Of a stretch of 41,008 nt of DNA, positions 39,386 to 41,008 are shown piece by piece. Below the pieces are notes generated by a model, which did not search any database, was not told the DNA's origin, and saw nothing but the letters and a program-made list of their open reading frames with translations. Within the stretch, counting starts at the first letter, position 1, and each line of letters begins with the position of its first letter. The translations under genes were made by a program, and so were the position numbers. Source of the stretch: Octopus bimaculoides (Eukaryota); assembly GCF_001194135.2 (NCBI RefSeq), contig NC_068995.1:19292260-19333267 (forward strand). The letters are read 5' to 3'.

Positions 39386-40810
39386 ATATANNNNNNNNNN
39401 NNNNNNNNNNNNNNNNNNNNNNNNNNNNNNNNNNNNNNNNNNNNNNNNNNNNNNNNNNNNNNNNNNNNNNNNNNNNNNNNNNNNNNNNNNNNNNNNNNNN
39501 NNNNNNNNNNNNNNNNNNNNNNNNNNNNNNNNNNNNNNNNNNNNNNNNNNNNNNNNNNNNNNNNNNNNNNNNNNNNNNNNNNNNNNNNNNNNNNNNNNNN
39601 NNNNNNNNNNNNNNNNNNNNNNNNNNNNNNNNNNNNNNNNNNNNNNNNNNNNNNNNNNNNNNNNNNNNNNNNNNNNNNNNNNNNNNNNNNNNNNNNNNNN
39701 NNNNNNNNNNNNNNNNNNNNNNNNNNNNNNNNNNNNNNNNNNNNNNNNNNNNNNNNNNNNNNNNNNNNNNNNNNNNNNNNNNNNNNNNNNNNNNNNNNNN
39801 NNNNNNNNNNNNNNNNNNNNNNNNNNNNNNNNNNNNNNNNNNNNNNNNNNNNNNNNNNNNNNNNNNNNNNNNNNNNNNNNNNNNNNNNNNNNNNNNNNNN
39901 NNNNNNNNNNNNNNNNNNNNNNNNNNNNNNNNNNNNNNNNNNNNNNNNNNNNNNNNNNNNNNNNNNNNNNNNNNNNNNNNNNNNNNNNNNNNNNNNNNNN
40001 NNNNNNNNNNNNNNNNNNNNNNNNNNNNNNNNNNNNNNNNNNNNNNNNNNNNNNNNNNNNNNNNNNNNNNNNNNNNNNNNNNNNNNNNNNNNNNNNNNNN
40101 NNNNNNNNNNNNNNNNNNNNNNNNNNNNNNNNAGGCTGAGGGTGGGGGTAGAGGTAGGGGTATGCTGGTAGGCAGAGGTTTGGGTGGGTGTAAGGAATTG
40201 GATGGGGTGGGGTGGGAAGGTAGAGTAGGAGTGTGTTGGGGTGGGATGAGCTTATGAGGGAGGGTTGACGATGAAGGAGGGTAACGATGAAGGAGGAAGG
40301 GGAAGGTGGATATAAGAAAGGGGAAGGTGGGTATGGGAGGAGGGAGAAAGCGAGGAGAAAGAGAGGAAGGGAGTAAGAGAAAGAGAAAGAGAGTAAGAGA
40401 GATGAGAGTGAGAGAGAGAGAGAAAGAATAGGGGTGAAGAGAAGTAGGAGTGAAGAGAAGTACAGAGAAGTAGGAGTCGGAGCAGAAGGGGAGGAGAGGA
40501 GAGGTGGGTGGTAGGAGGTAGGAGGGAGGGCGGAGGGGAGAGAGAGAGACGGCGGTAGATGAAGAGGGAAGGGGAGTTGAGCCCATGTGGCGCAAAGGAG
40601 CGAAGAGAGAAGATTAATCACTTTTCACGGCGCAAACGGGTGTCCGGATGGCCCCTACACACACAGGATATAAGAAAGGGGAAGGTGGGTATGGGAGGAG
40701 GGAGAAAGCGAGGAGAAAGAGAGGAAGAGAGTAAGAGAAAGAGAAAGAGAGTAAGAGAGATGAGAGTGAGAGAGAGAGAGTAAGAGAGAAGAGAGAAAGA
40801 GTAGGCTGAA

Positions 40811-40928
40811 GAGAAGTAGGAGTGAAAAGAAGTACAGAGAAGTAGGAGTGAAGAGAAGTACAGAGAAGTAGGAGTGAAGAGAAGTACAGAGAAGTAGGAG
40901 TGAAGAGAAGTACAGAGAAGTAGGAGTC
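40811..40928 (+). repeat. 26-bp minisatellite gagaagtaggagtgaagagaagtaca x4.5 (x1.5 at 40439-40478)
   Basis: Units start at 40811, 40837, 40863 and 40889, with a partial unit at 40915. Confidence 0.92.
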
Positions 40929-40945
40929 GGAGCAGAAGGGGCTGT

Positions 40946-41005
40946 TAAAGTCTGTCATACCGGCCATGACGAAGGGAAATAGCCCTGAAACTCGAGTCGC
41001 CTTTA
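40946..41005 (+). ncRNA. Type I minimal hammerhead ribozyme-like motif (one extra A in the core)
   Basis: C(A)TGACGA 40965-40972; stem II AGGG/CCCT with loop AAATAG; GAAA 40987-40990; stem III AC-TCGA-GT; GTC cleavage triplet 40996-40998; stem I ggc/gcc with distal taaag/cttta. Confidence 0.7.
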
Positions 41006-41008
41006 TAT

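Larger units (their letters stand above)
40133..41008 (-). mobile_element. Penelope-like element (PLE) 3' end, rearranged: GIY-YIG C-terminus, CT-rich 3' UTR, duplicated UTR block and an inverted hammerhead-bearing segment
   Basis: 40659-40576 on the minus strand translates to CRGHPDTRLRREK*LIFSLRSFAPHGLN, matching the R..E..LI..L....PxGLN end of PLE GIY-YIG domains. It is followed by a pyrimidine-rich UTR; block 40308-40491 is duplicated at 40666-40941. Confidence 0.7.

Overview
AT-rich, microsatellite-dense eukaryotic draft assembly with seven N-gaps, most flanked by (TA)n/(CA)n. The SINE families and repeat density resemble a coleoid cephalopod (Octopus-like); this is recalled, not searched. 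No intact host protein-coding gene is supported, and almost all ORF-track entries come from microsatellites, gaps or decayed transposons. Recognisable content: a decayed R4/Dong-type non-LTR retrotransposon (RT plus restriction-like endonuclease, minus strand) ending in a (TAA)n tail. Directly upstream on the same strand is an RTE-type AP endonuclease, followed by an RTE RT half on the plus strand. There is also a near-full-length hAT (Buster/Charlie-type) transposon with TIRs and an 8-bp TSD nested in a hAT MITE, an internally deleted RTE, a decayed mariner, and many tRNA-derived SINEs including a four-copy tandem cluster. The right edge holds a rearranged Penelope-like element end. Most interesting: a minimal type I hammerhead ribozyme-like motif at 40946-41005, the collinear APE-RT-RLE arrangement at 3923-7950, and a pre-miRNA-shaped hairpin at 37183-37248. 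Coordinates of decayed elements are approximate unless a TIR, TSD or motif fixes them.
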